Both the position numbers and the translations under genes were made by a program. The notes beneath the pieces were generated by a model. The model was not told the DNA's origin and did not search any database. It saw nothing but the letters and a program-made list of their open reading frames with translations. Positions 28,340-39,425 of a DNA stretch of 64,000 nucleotides are shown piece after piece (position 1 is the first letter of the stretch; every line of letters begins with the position of its first letter). This DNA is from Candidatus Latescibacterota bacterium (GTDB lineage: Bacteria; Krumholzibacteriota; Krumholzibacteriia; WVZY01; JAKEHA01). The stretch spans positions 1 through 64,000 of the forward strand of contig OY970173.1 in assembly GCA_963707635.1 (NCBI GenBank). Direction: 5' to 3'.

Positions 28340-29104
28340 TCAATGCGGGTGCGAAAGCATCTCGCGCAGGTTCTCCACCACCATCGCCGCACCCACGATC
28401 AGCAGGAACACGCCGAAGGCGGGGCGCAGCCGGTGACCCGGGAGCGGTTTGCCCACCCGCTCGCCGATCAGGCTCCCGGTGGCGTTGAAGGCGGCGACCA
28501 CGGCGGTGAGATGCCAGTCGAAGGTCTGGTGCGCCGCAAACCCCAGGAATCCGCCGAACGAGTTGATGGTAATGATGAGCAGCGAGGTCCCGATTGCCTT
28601 CTTCATGTCGATGCCGCACAGGAGCACCAGCGCGGGCACGAGCAGGAACCCGCCGCCGACCCCGATCATGCCGGTGAAAAAACCGAGCACGAGCCCCACC
28701 GAGACCACCCTCGACATCGGGATCGCCGGCGTCTCGTGCGGCGTCGGCGTGCGCCGCCGAATCATCGCCAGCGCCGCCACCACCACCACCGTCGCGAAAG
28801 TCGTGAGCAGCGCGTGCGGCGGAATCAGCTCCGCGACCCGGCCGCCGGCGTACGCTCCGATCATCCCCAGCCCGGCCCAGCGCAGCCCGATCCACCACTG
28901 CACGTTGCCGGAGCGCGCGTGGGCCACGGTCGCGAAGCCCCCGGTCAGCGTCAGGATGAGCAGCGACATCCCGAGCGCCTCCTTGATGGGCACTCCCAGC
29001 ACGTACACCAGAATCGGGACCAGGAGAATCGAGCCGCCCGCGCCGAAGATGCCGAACACGGTGCCGCCCACCAGGGCCAGCGAGCCAGCGGCGAGGAGGT
29101 GCAT
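28340..29104 (-). CDS. TauE/SafE (TSUP) family sulfite exporter
   Basis: GIFGAGGSILLVPIL and GMIGVGGGFLLVPAL internal repeat; AIGTSL. Confidence 0.92.
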   Translation of the reverse strand: MHLLAAGSLALVGGTVFGIFGAGGSILLVPILVYVLGVPIKEALGMSLLILTLTGGFATVAHARSGNVQWWIGLRWAGLGMIGAYAGGRVAELIPPHALLTTFATVVVVAALAMIRRRTPTPHETPAIPMSRVVSVGLVLGFFTGMIGVGGGFLLVPALVLLCGIDMKKAIGTSLLIITINSFGGFLGFAAHQTFDWHLTAVVAAFNATGSLIGERVGKPLPGHRLRPAFGVFLLIVGAAMVVENLREMLSHPH

Positions 29105-29145
29105 GCGCGCAGTATAGCGCAGCGGGCGGGGGCGTCAAAGCGCGG

Positions 29146-30792
29146 CTAGCGCGCGGCGTGGCTTTCGTCGAGGAGGCGGCAGCCTTCCATCAGGACCGCC
29201 TCGGTGGCGTCGGCGATGTTGGCGGCCGGGAAGGAGGTGACGGCCTCGACCGTGAACGAGCCGTCGTCGGCCCACGCGATCACGTGGTAGACGGCTTCGT
29301 TGCCGCGGATGGTCCCCGCGCTCGCGTGCGTGAGACGGCCGCCCTCGAGGTAGATGACCGCCGCCTCGCCGTCGCCGCGCTGCAGGTCGATGCGCACCGA
29401 CTTGCGGCTCTGGGCGAGGCTCTGGATCAGGTCGACGAACGAGAACGCGGCGAAGGTGCCGCGGAAGCCGACCTGGAGGTCGTCCGGCCCGCGGCGCCGC
29501 CCGCGCGTCGCCCGGCTGATGCGCGCCGCGACCACGTCGAAATCCAGCGGCGGCGCGAGCACGTCGTCAAAGCCGGCGTCGATCAGGTCGAGCGTGATCG
29601 AGGGGTCGTTCGCCTCGACCAGCGCGTAGAGCAGCAGGTTGGGAATCAGGCGCAGCACGACGCTCAAGCGCGCCGCCTCCATGCCGAGGGTGGCGAAGTC
29701 GACCACGACCGCGGCCGGCGGGCTGGTCTCGCAGAAGGGGCGCGCGTCGGCCATGCTGTGCTTGGGCACCACGTGCAGGCCCTGGCGGCCGAAGCGCGTG
29801 ACCACGTCGCGCACCAGGTCGTCGTTGGTGGTGACCATGACCACGACGCGGCGCTCGCTGGAGCCGTTGGTCTTGCCGGCGGACTCGATCTGTCGGCCGT
29901 AGGCCTCGACCACTTCGAGCGACGCGAGGCGGCCGGCCACCGCGCGCAGCCTGCCCTTCACCGCCACACCGTCCTCGTCCTCCGGCGAGCGCGCCGCGAC
30001 CACCGCGTGGCGGTACCACGCGAGGGCCAGAATCTGCGCCGCTAGGTCGACCTCGTGGCCCTTCGCGTCCGACGCGCCGGGCCGGGCTTCCCCCGCAAAC
30101 AGCGCGCGCGCCTTTTCGAGCACGACGTCGATGCGCCACGGAAAGTTGAGCGCGCGGGCGAGCTCCAGCGAGCGCGCGAAGTCGCGAAACGGGGCCGGGG
30201 TCGAGGGCGCGGCCGGGGCGAGGAGCCACGCGGCGAGCTGCGCCCCGTCGCTCGCGATGCGGCGGATGCGAAACGTCTTGCACAGCTCGCGGATGTCGCG
30301 CGTCACCAGCGCGTAGGGCGCGGTGACGTGATCGCGCTCGGCGCGCTCGTCGGCGAACACCTGCACCGCGCCAAAAACGGTCTTGAGCATCTTTCCGTAC
30401 GGGGCGGGATTGTCGAGCAAGGTGCCGCTCACGGTGGAGAGAATGCTCACCTCGGCGCCCGCCGACATCAGCGCGCCCGCGGCGATCCAGCTGGAGAAGT
30501 CTTCCATCATGTCCTGGGCGACCAGGATGTGGTCCACGGGGTGCTCTGCGAGGGCCAGCTCCACTTCCTCGCGGGTGGTTGCCGCCACCGGCAGACACCC
30601 TTCGCGCCTGAAGATGGGAACGAGAAAATTCTTGAGGGCCGCCGAGCGCGCGACCACGAGCACGCAGCGCTCTTCGGGCGTTTCGGGCAGAAACGGCGAC
30701 GGCGCCGCGTCGGCATCCTGGTCGAACAGCTCCGGGAGCTCGATCCGGCGCTTCGGTTCGACCGACTTCGTCCGGGCCGCGCGCGCCTTCAT
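29146..30792 (-). CDS. Multi-domain protein with receiver-like regions and C-terminal DUF4388-like domain
   Basis: AGFDDVLAPPLDF receiver-like end; GFRGTFAAFSFVDLIQSL...GNEAVY...GSF...LMEGCRLLDE; ATGA overlap with pilT. Confidence 0.7.
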   Translation of the reverse strand: MKARAARTKSVEPKRRIELPELFDQDADAAPSPFLPETPEERCVLVVARSAALKNFLVPIFRREGCLPVAATTREEVELALAEHPVDHILVAQDMMEDFSSWIAAGALMSAGAEVSILSTVSGTLLDNPAPYGKMLKTVFGAVQVFADERAERDHVTAPYALVTRDIRELCKTFRIRRIASDGAQLAAWLLAPAAPSTPAPFRDFARSLELARALNFPWRIDVVLEKARALFAGEARPGASDAKGHEVDLAAQILALAWYRHAVVAARSPEDEDGVAVKGRLRAVAGRLASLEVVEAYGRQIESAGKTNGSSERRVVVMVTTNDDLVRDVVTRFGRQGLHVVPKHSMADARPFCETSPPAAVVVDFATLGMEAARLSVVLRLIPNLLLYALVEANDPSITLDLIDAGFDDVLAPPLDFDVVAARISRATRGRRRGPDDLQVGFRGTFAAFSFVDLIQSLAQSRKSVRIDLQRGDGEAAVIYLEGGRLTHASAGTIRGNEAVYHVIAWADDGSFTVEAVTSFPAANIADATEAVLMEGCRLLDESHAAR

Positions 30793-31880
30793 CGCGCCTC
30801 CGCGCTGACCATGGTCGCCCGGCTGGTCTGCGCCAGCGCCATGATCGCGCCCGGCTCGACCGCGTAGCGCGCTGCCTCTTCCGGTGTCACCACCTTCGCC
30901 GTCACCAGGTCCTTCAGATGCTGGTCGAGCAGCTGCATGCCCTCTTTCTTCGCGGTCATGATGACGTTGTTGACCTGATGGCTCTTGCCCTCGCGGATGA
31001 GGGTCCGTATTGCCGCCGTGCCGACCATGATCTCCAGCGCCGCCACGCGCGCGTTGCCGTCGACGCGCTTGAGGAGCTGCTGCGAGCAGATGCCGACCAG
31101 CACCTCCGAGAGCGTCAGCCGGATCGCGGGCTGCTGGTCGACCGGGAAGGCGTCGGCGACGCGGCTGATCGTCTGCCCCGCGGACTTGGTGTGCAGCGTC
31201 CCCATCACCAGGAGTCCCAGTTCCGCCGCGGTCAGCGCGAGCGAGATCGTCTCCAGGTCGCGCATCTCTCCCACCAGCACCACGTTCGGGTCCTCGCGCA
31301 ACGCCGCGCGCAGCGCATTCGCAAAATTCTGGCTGTGCTCGCCGATCTGGCGCTGGTTGATGAGGCAGTTGCGGTTGGTGTGGATGAACTCGAGGGGATC
31401 CTCGAGCGTGATCATGTGGTAGTTCATGTGCTCGTTGAGGTAGTCCACCATCGCCGCCAGCGTGGTCGACTTTCCGGAACCGGTCGGGCCGGTCACGAGG
31501 ATGAGTCCGCTCTTGGAGTGGAGCATCCGCTTGAGCACCTCGGGCATGGCCAGGTCGTCCAGGGTCGGAATCTGGTGCGGAATGATTCGGAACGCCGCCG
31601 CCAGACCCGGGTGTTTCTTGAACACGTTGATGCGGAAGCGCGCGACTCCCGGCAGCGTGTACGCACAGTCGAGCTCGCCGTGGTGCTCGAAGGCTTCGAT
31701 CTGGGCGTCGGTGAGGAGCTCGTAGACGAGCACGCGGACTTCGTCGACCGTGAGCACGCGATGGCTGGTCTTTTCGAGCGCGCCGTGGATGCGAACCATC
31801 GGCTCGAACCCCGCCCCGATGTGAAGATCGGAGGCGTGGTGCTCCTGCATGATGCGTAGAAAGGCGTCGATTTTGGCCAT
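30789..31880 (-). CDS. pilT: Type IV pilus retraction ATPase PilT
   Basis: ASDLHI, GPTGSGKSTT, TLEDPLE, ALREDPNVVLVGEMRD, GTLHT, AIRTLIRE. Confidence 0.93.
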   Translation of the reverse strand: MAKIDAFLRIMQEHHASDLHIGAGFEPMVRIHGALEKTSHRVLTVDEVRVLVYELLTDAQIEAFEHHGELDCAYTLPGVARFRINVFKKHPGLAAAFRIIPHQIPTLDDLAMPEVLKRMLHSKSGLILVTGPTGSGKSTTLAAMVDYLNEHMNYHMITLEDPLEFIHTNRNCLINQRQIGEHSQNFANALRAALREDPNVVLVGEMRDLETISLALTAAELGLLVMGTLHTKSAGQTISRVADAFPVDQQPAIRLTLSEVLVGICSQQLLKRVDGNARVAALEIMVGTAAIRTLIREGKSHQVNNVIMTAKKEGMQLLDQHLKDLVTAKVVTPEEAARYAVEPGAIMALAQTSRATMVSAEAR

Positions 31881-32060
31881 GACGGGTCGGGCTGCGCGCG
31901 CGGGGAATCGGAAGCAACGCCCGACCCGGCAGCATTCGAGGGACGGGCTGCAAGGACCGTGCCCCGCACCGGGGGGTGGAAGTGAGCCCAACTGGTTGTG
32001 AGGTGGGAGGTTAGCGCTCCCGGCCGGGCCGATTTTCGGGGACGGCGGGGAGGAAGCCTC

Positions 32061-33089
32061 TCAATTTGCGACGGAACGCGACGACTCCGCGTCGTCGATC
32101 GGGACCACGTCGAAGTCGTGCCGGTGCCCGCCGTTGCGTAGCACCGTCACCGCGAGCGGCTCGCCGGGGGTCCAGCGCGCGAGCAACCGCTGCAGCTCGT
32201 CGACGCTCGACATCCCGGCGCCTCCCATGGATACGATGATGTCGCGCTCGCGCAGCCCGGCGCGCGCCGCCGGTCCATTCTCCATGAGCGAAACGATCTC
32301 CACCGCGCTGGCGACCGGGAGTTCGAAGCCGCGCTGCACGCGACGATTGACCGGCCGTGTCTGCGCGACGATCCCGAGGATCGTGCGCCGCACCCGCCCG
32401 CGCGTCACCAGCTCGCCCACCACCCACTCCATCGTCGACGACGGGATCGCGAAGCACAGTCCCTGCGCCATGCGGATCATCGCGGTATTGACGCCGACCA
32501 CGCGGCCGCCGCTGTCGACCAGCGGTCCCCCGGAGTTGCCGGGGTTGAGCGCGACGTCGGTCTGGATCACATTCTCGATCAACCGTCCGGAGCGGCCGCG
32601 CAGGTTGCGCCCGAGCGCCGACACCACCCCGGTGGACACGGTGCTCTGGAAGCCGAGCGGGTTGCCGATCGCCACCACCAGTTGCCCGACCCGAAGCGCT
32701 TCGGAGCGGCCGATTTCGACCGGAACCAGTCCCCCCTCGGCGACGCGCAAAAGCGCCAGGTCGGTCGCCGGGTCGACGCCGACCACCCGCGCGGAGAGTT
32801 CGCGCCCGTCGGTGAATACCACGGTGACCCCGCGCGCATTCTCGACCACGTGATGGTTGGTGACCACGAACCCGTCCGGCGCCACCACGAATCCGGAGCC
32901 GGCGCCCTCGCCGCCACCGCCGCGGCGCGCGTCGGTGACGACGCGGATACTGACCACCGACGGTGTGAGGTGCTCCACCACGTTGACCACGGCGTGGGAG
33001 TAGGCGTCGAGGAGCGCATGGTCGTCGACGGGCTCGGAGGACAAGCTGTGCTGGAGGTTGTCGTTGTGCGTCTTGATGAACTCACTCAC
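32061..33089 (-). CDS. HtrA/DegP-family serine protease (trypsin + PDZ)
   Basis: GSGF, VTNHHVV, TDLALL, IQTDVALNPGNSGGPL; GTG start uncertain. Confidence 0.9.
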   Translation of the reverse strand: MSEFIKTHNDNLQHSLSSEPVDDHALLDAYSHAVVNVVEHLTPSVVSIRVVTDARRGGGGEGAGSGFVVAPDGFVVTNHHVVENARGVTVVFTDGRELSARVVGVDPATDLALLRVAEGGLVPVEIGRSEALRVGQLVVAIGNPLGFQSTVSTGVVSALGRNLRGRSGRLIENVIQTDVALNPGNSGGPLVDSGGRVVGVNTAMIRMAQGLCFAIPSSTMEWVVGELVTRGRVRRTILGIVAQTRPVNRRVQRGFELPVASAVEIVSLMENGPAARAGLRERDIIVSMGGAGMSSVDELQRLLARWTPGEPLAVTVLRNGGHRHDFDVVPIDDAESSRSVAN

Positions 33090-33401
33090 CTGGCTTTCAA
33101 CACCGCGGGTCCCGTCATCTCGCCACCCCGCGGGACTTCGCCCGCGGGGACCCCGCCTCGATGCCACCCGCGGCCTGGGCGATGCGCGTCGTGGAGGCCC
33201 TTCGCGCAGGAGCGAGCGAGGATCACCCGCCGGGTCTGGATCGGCATTGGTCCTCGGCTCACCACCGGCGGGAAGCCGAGCGAAGCGGGCGCAGGGCCGA
33301 CACGGCGCGCATCGGTCAGGCGGCACGGGAAATATAGTGAGGGACGGCCACCGCGTGCAACGGGGTGGAACCGGCGGGCACGGGGCGGGCGGGGGGACGG
33401 A

Positions 33402-34055
33402 TCAGTAGTTGTGGCGGAGGATCTCGCCCTCGACCATGAAGACGACGTCCTCGGCCACGTTGGTGGTCAGGTCGGCGATTCGTTCGAGGTGGCGGGTCGC
33501 GGAGATGGCGTTGATCGCGGGCTCGATGAACTTCGGATCCCGGCGCATCACCGCCTGCATATCGACGTACATCTGGCGGTGAATCCGGTCGACCTCGTCG
33601 TCGCGCATGCACACCGAGCGCGCGAGGTCAGCGTCGCGCTCGACCAGCGCGTTGAGGCAGTCGTGCACCATGCTCTGGACCACGGCGACGAGCTTGTCGA
33701 AGTCTTCCGGGAGCGGCAGCGGGTCGAGGTCCGCCAGCATCTCCGCGCGCTCGCCGATGCTGACCGCGTGGTCGCCGATGCGTTCGAGGTCGTTGTTCAC
33801 CTTGAGCGCCGTGATGATGAAGCGCAAGTCGGCCGCAACCGGCTGGTGCAGCGCGAGGATCTTGAGCGCGTTCTCTTCGATCAGATTCTCGCGGTCGTTG
33901 ATGGCGCCGTCGCCGTTGGTAACCTCGCGCGCGAGCGCGCGATCGCGGCGTACCAGCGCCGTGATAGCTCGATTGGTCGCTTCTTCCACCAGCCCACCCA
34001 TGGTGAGGAGCTCCTTCGCGAGCTGATCGAGGTCTCTTTGCAGGTGCTTCGCCAT
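33402..34055 (-). CDS. phoU: Phosphate signalling protein PhoU
   Basis: LHQPVAADLRFI, DLERIGDHA, DDEVD, HLERIADLTTNVAEDV. Confidence 0.96.
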   Translation of the reverse strand: MAKHLQRDLDQLAKELLTMGGLVEEATNRAITALVRRDRALAREVTNGDGAINDRENLIEENALKILALHQPVAADLRFIITALKVNNDLERIGDHAVSIGERAEMLADLDPLPLPEDFDKLVAVVQSMVHDCLNALVERDADLARSVCMRDDEVDRIHRQMYVDMQAVMRRDPKFIEPAINAISATRHLERIADLTTNVAEDVVFMVEGEILRHNY

Positions 34056-34106
34056 GACGGGTTTTCTTACGGGCTGGTCGAACATATCTTTATGTCAACT
34101 CCCCCG

Positions 34107-35939
34107 TCAATGAAGGTTCGGTGAAGGCGGGCCCGAGGGTCCGTTGGGGCCCGGACCGCGACGGAGCGGGATCTGGACCCGGAAGCTGCTCCCCCGGCCG
34201 GGCGCGCTCTTGAGCGAGACGTTGCCGCCGTGGGCCAGGGCGACGTGCTTGACGATCGAGAGTCCGAGGCCGGTCCCCCCCATCTGGCGCGAGCGGGCTT
34301 TGTCCACCCGGTAGAAGCGTTCGAACACCCTTCCCTGATCCTCGGGCGCGATCCCGATGCCGGTGTCGTCCACCGTGAGGACGGCGTGCGTCCCTTCCAC
34401 ACCGAGCCGCACGTCCACGTGGCCGCCCTCGGGCGTGTACTTGATGGCGTTGCTCACCAGGTTGTCGACCAGCTCGCGCAACGCCTCGCCGTCCCCGTCG
34501 ATCATGATGGGGTCGTTGGCGACCGCCGCCTTGATGGCGACGCGCTTGTCCTCGGCGACGTGCGCCTGCGCGCGGTACGACTCCGCCACCGCCTCGCGCA
34601 GGTCGATGGCTTCGAACTGGAGCCGGCCGGGGTCCGATTCCAGGCGCGAGAGAGTGAGCAGATCGGAGACGATGTTGCTCAGGCGCATGGACTGATCGCG
34701 GATCTTGGTGGTGAAGCGGCGCCTCGTGTCGGTATCCATGTCGCGGTCGTCCACCAGCGTCTCGACCAGACCGCGGATGGCGGCGAGCGGTGTCTTGAGC
34801 TCGTGCGAGATGTTGGCGACGAAATCCTGCCTGACGGCCTCGAGCGCGCGCAGGTTGCTCACGTCGTGGAGGACCAGCACCGCCCCCACCAGCTCGTCGC
34901 CCGCGTTCTTCAGCGGCGCCCCGATGAGCTGGATGACCTGGTCGCTCGAGCCCTTCGGGATGCGTGTCTCCGACACGCGAACCCGGTTCTCCTTCATCGC
35001 GTCGTTGAGCGCCTCCCCGACCTCCACCACCCGGGTCATTTCCCAGATGCGACGTCCCTTCGCATTCTTTGCGTCGATGCCGAGGATCACCTCCGCCGCA
35101 CTGTTGACGTGCACGACATAGTCCTCGCGGTCCACCGCCACCACCCCCTCGACCATGCTCGAGAGAATCGCCAGCGTGACGTTACGATCGGCGGTGATGG
35201 TTTCGATCTGGGACTTGAGCCGCTCGGTCATCGCGTTGAGCGCGTCGGCGAGGTCGCCGATCTCATCCTTGCGCCCGATACGCACGCGGTGGCTGTAGTC
35301 GCCGCTGGCCACGGCGCGCGCCGCGTCGGTCATCGTGAGCATGGGGCGGGAAAACCCGCGCGCGATGAGAAAGCCGAGCACCAGCGCGGCCAGCACGGGG
35401 AGAATCAGCCCGATTGCGACCGAACGCCGCGTCGCCGCGCGTCTCGCTTCCAGAATCTCGAGTGTCACCGACGTGCGCACGAAACCGGCCTCGTGGCCGT
35501 CCTTGATCACCGGAATCGCGACGTACATCGACGTCGCCCCGAGCGTGCGGCTGAAGCGCGTGGACACGCCGAACCCATTCGCCGCCGCCGCGATGACCTC
35601 GGGACGGTCGCGGTGGTTGTCCATGGCCGCGGGGTCCTCGCGCGAGTCGGCCAGCACCCGGCCGTCGGCGGCGATCACCGTATAGCGGGTGTCCGCGCGC
35701 GACCCGAGCGCCTGGATGCGAGCCTGGAAGGACGGGTCGACGGCGGTGTCGACGTAGGGCAGCGCGATGTCGCGCAGGAGGATGGCGTCGCTGTGCAGAG
35801 ACTCCTGCGTCCGCTCGACAAAACCGTGTTCGAAGTCCCGGACCACGAACCGGCCGATCATGAATGCGGTCACCAGGATCACGACCGCGTAACCGGTGTA
35901 CAGTTCCCAGAGCAGTCGCGAACGGAGGATTCGTCTCAC
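34107..35939 (-). CDS. phoR: Phosphate regulon sensor kinase PhoR
   Basis: MDNHRDRPEV, HAMP, PAS, DFVANISHELKTPL, FERFYRVDKARSR, GGTGLGLSIVKH; pst/pho context. Confidence 0.92.
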   Translation of the reverse strand: MRRILRSRLLWELYTGYAVVILVTAFMIGRFVVRDFEHGFVERTQESLHSDAILLRDIALPYVDTAVDPSFQARIQALGSRADTRYTVIAADGRVLADSREDPAAMDNHRDRPEVIAAAANGFGVSTRFSRTLGATSMYVAIPVIKDGHEAGFVRTSVTLEILEARRAATRRSVAIGLILPVLAALVLGFLIARGFSRPMLTMTDAARAVASGDYSHRVRIGRKDEIGDLADALNAMTERLKSQIETITADRNVTLAILSSMVEGVVAVDREDYVVHVNSAAEVILGIDAKNAKGRRIWEMTRVVEVGEALNDAMKENRVRVSETRIPKGSSDQVIQLIGAPLKNAGDELVGAVLVLHDVSNLRALEAVRQDFVANISHELKTPLAAIRGLVETLVDDRDMDTDTRRRFTTKIRDQSMRLSNIVSDLLTLSRLESDPGRLQFEAIDLREAVAESYRAQAHVAEDKRVAIKAAVANDPIMIDGDGEALRELVDNLVSNAIKYTPEGGHVDVRLGVEGTHAVLTVDDTGIGIAPEDQGRVFERFYRVDKARSRQMGGTGLGLSIVKHVALAHGGNVSLKSAPGRGSSFRVQIPLRRGPGPNGPSGPPSPNLH

Positions 35940-35940
35940 G

Positions 35941-36657
35941 TCAGTCTTTGAAGCGGTACCCGACGCCGCGGATCGTTTCGATCAAGTCGCGGTGGGCGCC
36001 GAGTTTCTTGCGAATCGAGCGCACGTGCACGTCGATATTGCGATCGATGACGATCGCGTCTTCGCCGATCACGCGCGTGAGCAGGTGGTCGCGCGTGAAC
36101 ACGCGGCCCGGGTGAGTCGCCAGGAAGTGAAGCAACCGGAACTCGGTGGCGGTCAATATCACGGATTCCCCGTCGATCTTGACGTCGTGCCGCTGCGGGT
36201 CGATGACGATTCCGTCGCGCACGACGCTCTCGCGCCGATCCACCTCGGTGCGCCCGCGCGAGCGACGCAACACCGCCCGCACCCGCGCCACCATTTCGCG
36301 CGGGCTGAACGGCTTGGTGATGTAGTCGTCGGCGCCGACGCCGAGCCCGAGCACGACGTCGCTTTCCTCCCCCTTGGCGGTCACCATGATCACGGGGATG
36401 GCCTGGGTCAGGGGGTCCGCCTTGAGCTTGCGGCACAACTCGATGCCGTCGATCTCGGGCAGCATGAGGTCGAGGATCACGAGCTGGGGGGCGTTGCGCT
36501 CGATCTTTTCGAGCCCGTCCTCACCGCTGGTGCTGGTGACGACGTCGTACCCCTCGCGCTTGAGGTTATACGCGATCACCTCGAGGATGTCATCCTCGTC
36601 TTCGATCACGACGATTCGTTCAGTCTTGGTCAAGGCACGCTTCTTTTCGAGAATCAT
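35941..36657 (-). CDS. phoB: Phosphate regulon response regulator PhoB
   Basis: IVVIEDEDDI, ILDLMLP, GADDYITKPFS, LTATEFRLL, IETIRGVGY; start at 36657 or TTG 36633. Confidence 0.9.
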   Translation of the reverse strand: MILEKKRALTKTERIVVIEDEDDILEVIAYNLKREGYDVVTSTSGEDGLEKIERNAPQLVILDLMLPEIDGIELCRKLKADPLTQAIPVIMVTAKGEESDVVLGLGVGADDYITKPFSPREMVARVRAVLRRSRGRTEVDRRESVVRDGIVIDPQRHDVKIDGESVILTATEFRLLHFLATHPGRVFTRDHLLTRVIGEDAIVIDRNIDVHVRSIRKKLGAHRDLIETIRGVGYRFKD

Positions 36658-36666
36658 AGTGGAACG

Positions 36667-36710
36667 AAAGTACATGCGCCTTGCAAAGACGGCGTAAACA
36701 CCATGTAAAT
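36667..36710 (-). promoter_or_regulatory. Pho-box-like promoter of phoBR
   Basis: Minus-strand TTTAC, TTTAC, TTTGC at 11-bp period, then 10 nt, then TACTTT. Confidence 0.72.
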
Positions 36711-36737
36711 CGTCCCCGAAACAACCGCATCCCTTTA

Positions 36738-37625
<888 letters not shown>

Positions 37626-37641
37626 GATTTTCTACTCGCTA

Positions 37642-37664
37642 CGCGGGTCCTGTCGGCCAACAGC
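37642..37664 (-). repeat. 23-bp intergenic repeat, copy before pstB
   Basis: GCTGTTGGCCGACAGGACCCGCG (minus strand), identical to 41989-42011. Confidence 0.9.
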
Positions 37665-37694
37665 GTCTCGTTCCATTCGTCACGACTCATGCCA

Positions 37695-39425
37695 CTAGAA
37701 CGTACCACCGACGAATCGGCGCCGCAACCGGGTGCGAATCCACACCGCCGCGATGTTCAGCGTCGCGATCAGCGCAATGAGCAGCAACGTCGTGGTAAAC
37801 ACCATCGGTTTGGCCGCTTCGCTGTTCTGGCTCTGGAATCCCACGTCGTAGATGTGGAATCCGAGGTGCATGAAACTCCGATCCGGGTGCAGGTACGGCG
37901 CCACGTTGTCGATGGGCAGATCGGGCGCCAGCTTGACCGCACCCACCAGCATCAGCGGCGCCACCTCGCCCGCCCCGCGCGCCATCGCGAGAATGAACCC
38001 GGTCATGATACCGGGCATCGCGCGCGGCAGCACGATGCGACGGATCGTCTGCCACTTACTCGCACCGCACGCGTAGGAGCCTTCGCGCATCGACCGCGGC
38101 ACCGCCGCCAGCGCCTCCTCGGTGGCGACGACCACCACCGGGAGCGTCAGGAGCGCGAGTGTCAGCGAGGCCCAGATGATGCCGCCCTTGCCGTAGGTCG
38201 GATTGGGGAGCTTCGCGGAGAAGAACGCGCTGTCGATCGAACCTCCGACGATGTAGCAGAAGAAACCCAGCCCGAACACACCGAACACGATGCTCGGAAC
38301 CCCGGCCATGTTGTTGATGGCGATGCGCACCGCGCTCACCGCCAGGCCCGCCTTCGCGTACTCGCGCAGGTAGAGCGCGGCGAGCACGCCGAACGGCACC
38401 ACCAGCACGGACATCAGCAGCGTCATGATCACGGTGCCGATGATCGCCGGGTAGACGCCTCCCTCGCTGTTGGCCTCGCGCGGATCCGCGGAGAGAAACT
38501 CCCACCAGCGTGAGACGTACACTCCACCTCTGCTTCCAATTGAGAGCTGGTTCGCCGGGTAGCCGCGCACGATGTCGGCGAGCGCGATGGTGGCCGCCGA
38601 ACCGTCGGCGGTCTTGAGCACGAGCGCGTAGCGCGCGTTCTCTGCGTCCAGGAGCCGGATTTCTTCCTCCAGCGCGCGGCGTCGCGATTCGATCGCGACC
38701 GTCTCCCCCTCGGTGATCGCACGCGTGCGTTCGTACTCGGGCGAGTCCACGCCGTAGCGCGCCTCGACGCGGTGCAGCTCGAGGCGGGCCCGCTCCGCGC
38801 TCGCGTGGAGCTCGCCGAAGTCGCGCCGCTGCAGCCGGTAGCGACGCTCGAAGCGTTCGACGACGTCGCGATGGCGCGCGTCGAATTCGTGCCAGGCCGT
38901 TTCCGGGGTCGTACCAACGCTCCTGCCGTCGATCCGGAACTCGACGGGCACTCCATAGAAGCGACCCCACGCGCGGCGCTCGAGCACGACCGCCCACTCC
39001 GGGGTGGTCTCGGCCGCCACCGTGATGTCGTCGATCCATTCGAAGTGAGAGCCCGTGAGCTCGAAATTGCCCGTCCGCAGCAGTCGTCGCCGGTTGTCAC
39101 CGCCCGCCTGGTAGCGGCGGCGGGCTTCCTCCGGCCAGGCCGCGATCGCCTCCGGCGTCGGCTGGAACGCTTCGTCGCGCGTGACTTCGCCCAGCAGCAC
39201 CCGGCCGTTCATGAGCTTCACCTCGACCAGCGGCCGCGGCCAGAACGTCGTGGCCCCCTGGTACGCCACCAGTGTCAGCAGGCCGATGATCATCACGGAA
39301 CAGAGCACCAGCGCTCCCCCCGTAAGCCAGAGCATGTTCTCGCCGTGGGCCAAGAGCGACGTCCCGCCGCGCGAGCGCGCCGCCGGCCTCTCGACGCCAC
39401 CGTTCACCGGGCGCGACACGCTCAT
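37695..39425 (-). CDS. pstA: Phosphate ABC permease PstA, long form
   Basis: PREANSEGGVYPAIIGT, NMAGVPSIVFG, ARGAGEVAPL, FMHLGFHIY. Confidence 0.95.
   Translation of the reverse strand: MSVSRPVNGGVERPAARSRGGTSLLAHGENMLWLTGGALVLCSVMIIGLLTLVAYQGATTFWPRPLVEVKLMNGRVLLGEVTRDEAFQPTPEAIAAWPEEARRRYQAGGDNRRRLLRTGNFELTGSHFEWIDDITVAAETTPEWAVVLERRAWGRFYGVPVEFRIDGRSVGTTPETAWHEFDARHRDVVERFERRYRLQRRDFGELHASAERARLELHRVEARYGVDSPEYERTRAITEGETVAIESRRRALEEEIRLLDAENARYALVLKTADGSAATIALADIVRGYPANQLSIGSRGGVYVSRWWEFLSADPREANSEGGVYPAIIGTVIMTLLMSVLVVPFGVLAALYLREYAKAGLAVSAVRIAINNMAGVPSIVFGVFGLGFFCYIVGGSIDSAFFSAKLPNPTYGKGGIIWASLTLALLTLPVVVVATEEALAAVPRSMREGSYACGASKWQTIRRIVLPRAMPGIMTGFILAMARGAGEVAPLMLVGAVKLAPDLPIDNVAPYLHPDRSFMHLGFHIYDVGFQSQNSEAAKPMVFTTTLLLIALIATLNIAAVWIRTRLRRRFVGGTF

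Noticed and set aside
33090..33401. GC-rich intergenic region with a hairpin near 33127-33150 as an ncRNA
   Set aside because: No recognisable riboswitch or sRNA motif; hairpins are expected at this GC content
34081..34127. Possible Pho box before phoU (TGAAGG at 34111 and 34122, 11-bp period)
   Set aside because: Only two units, overlapping the phoR 3' end, and no TAnnnT at the 10-11 nt spacing seen in the other five; plausible but not counted
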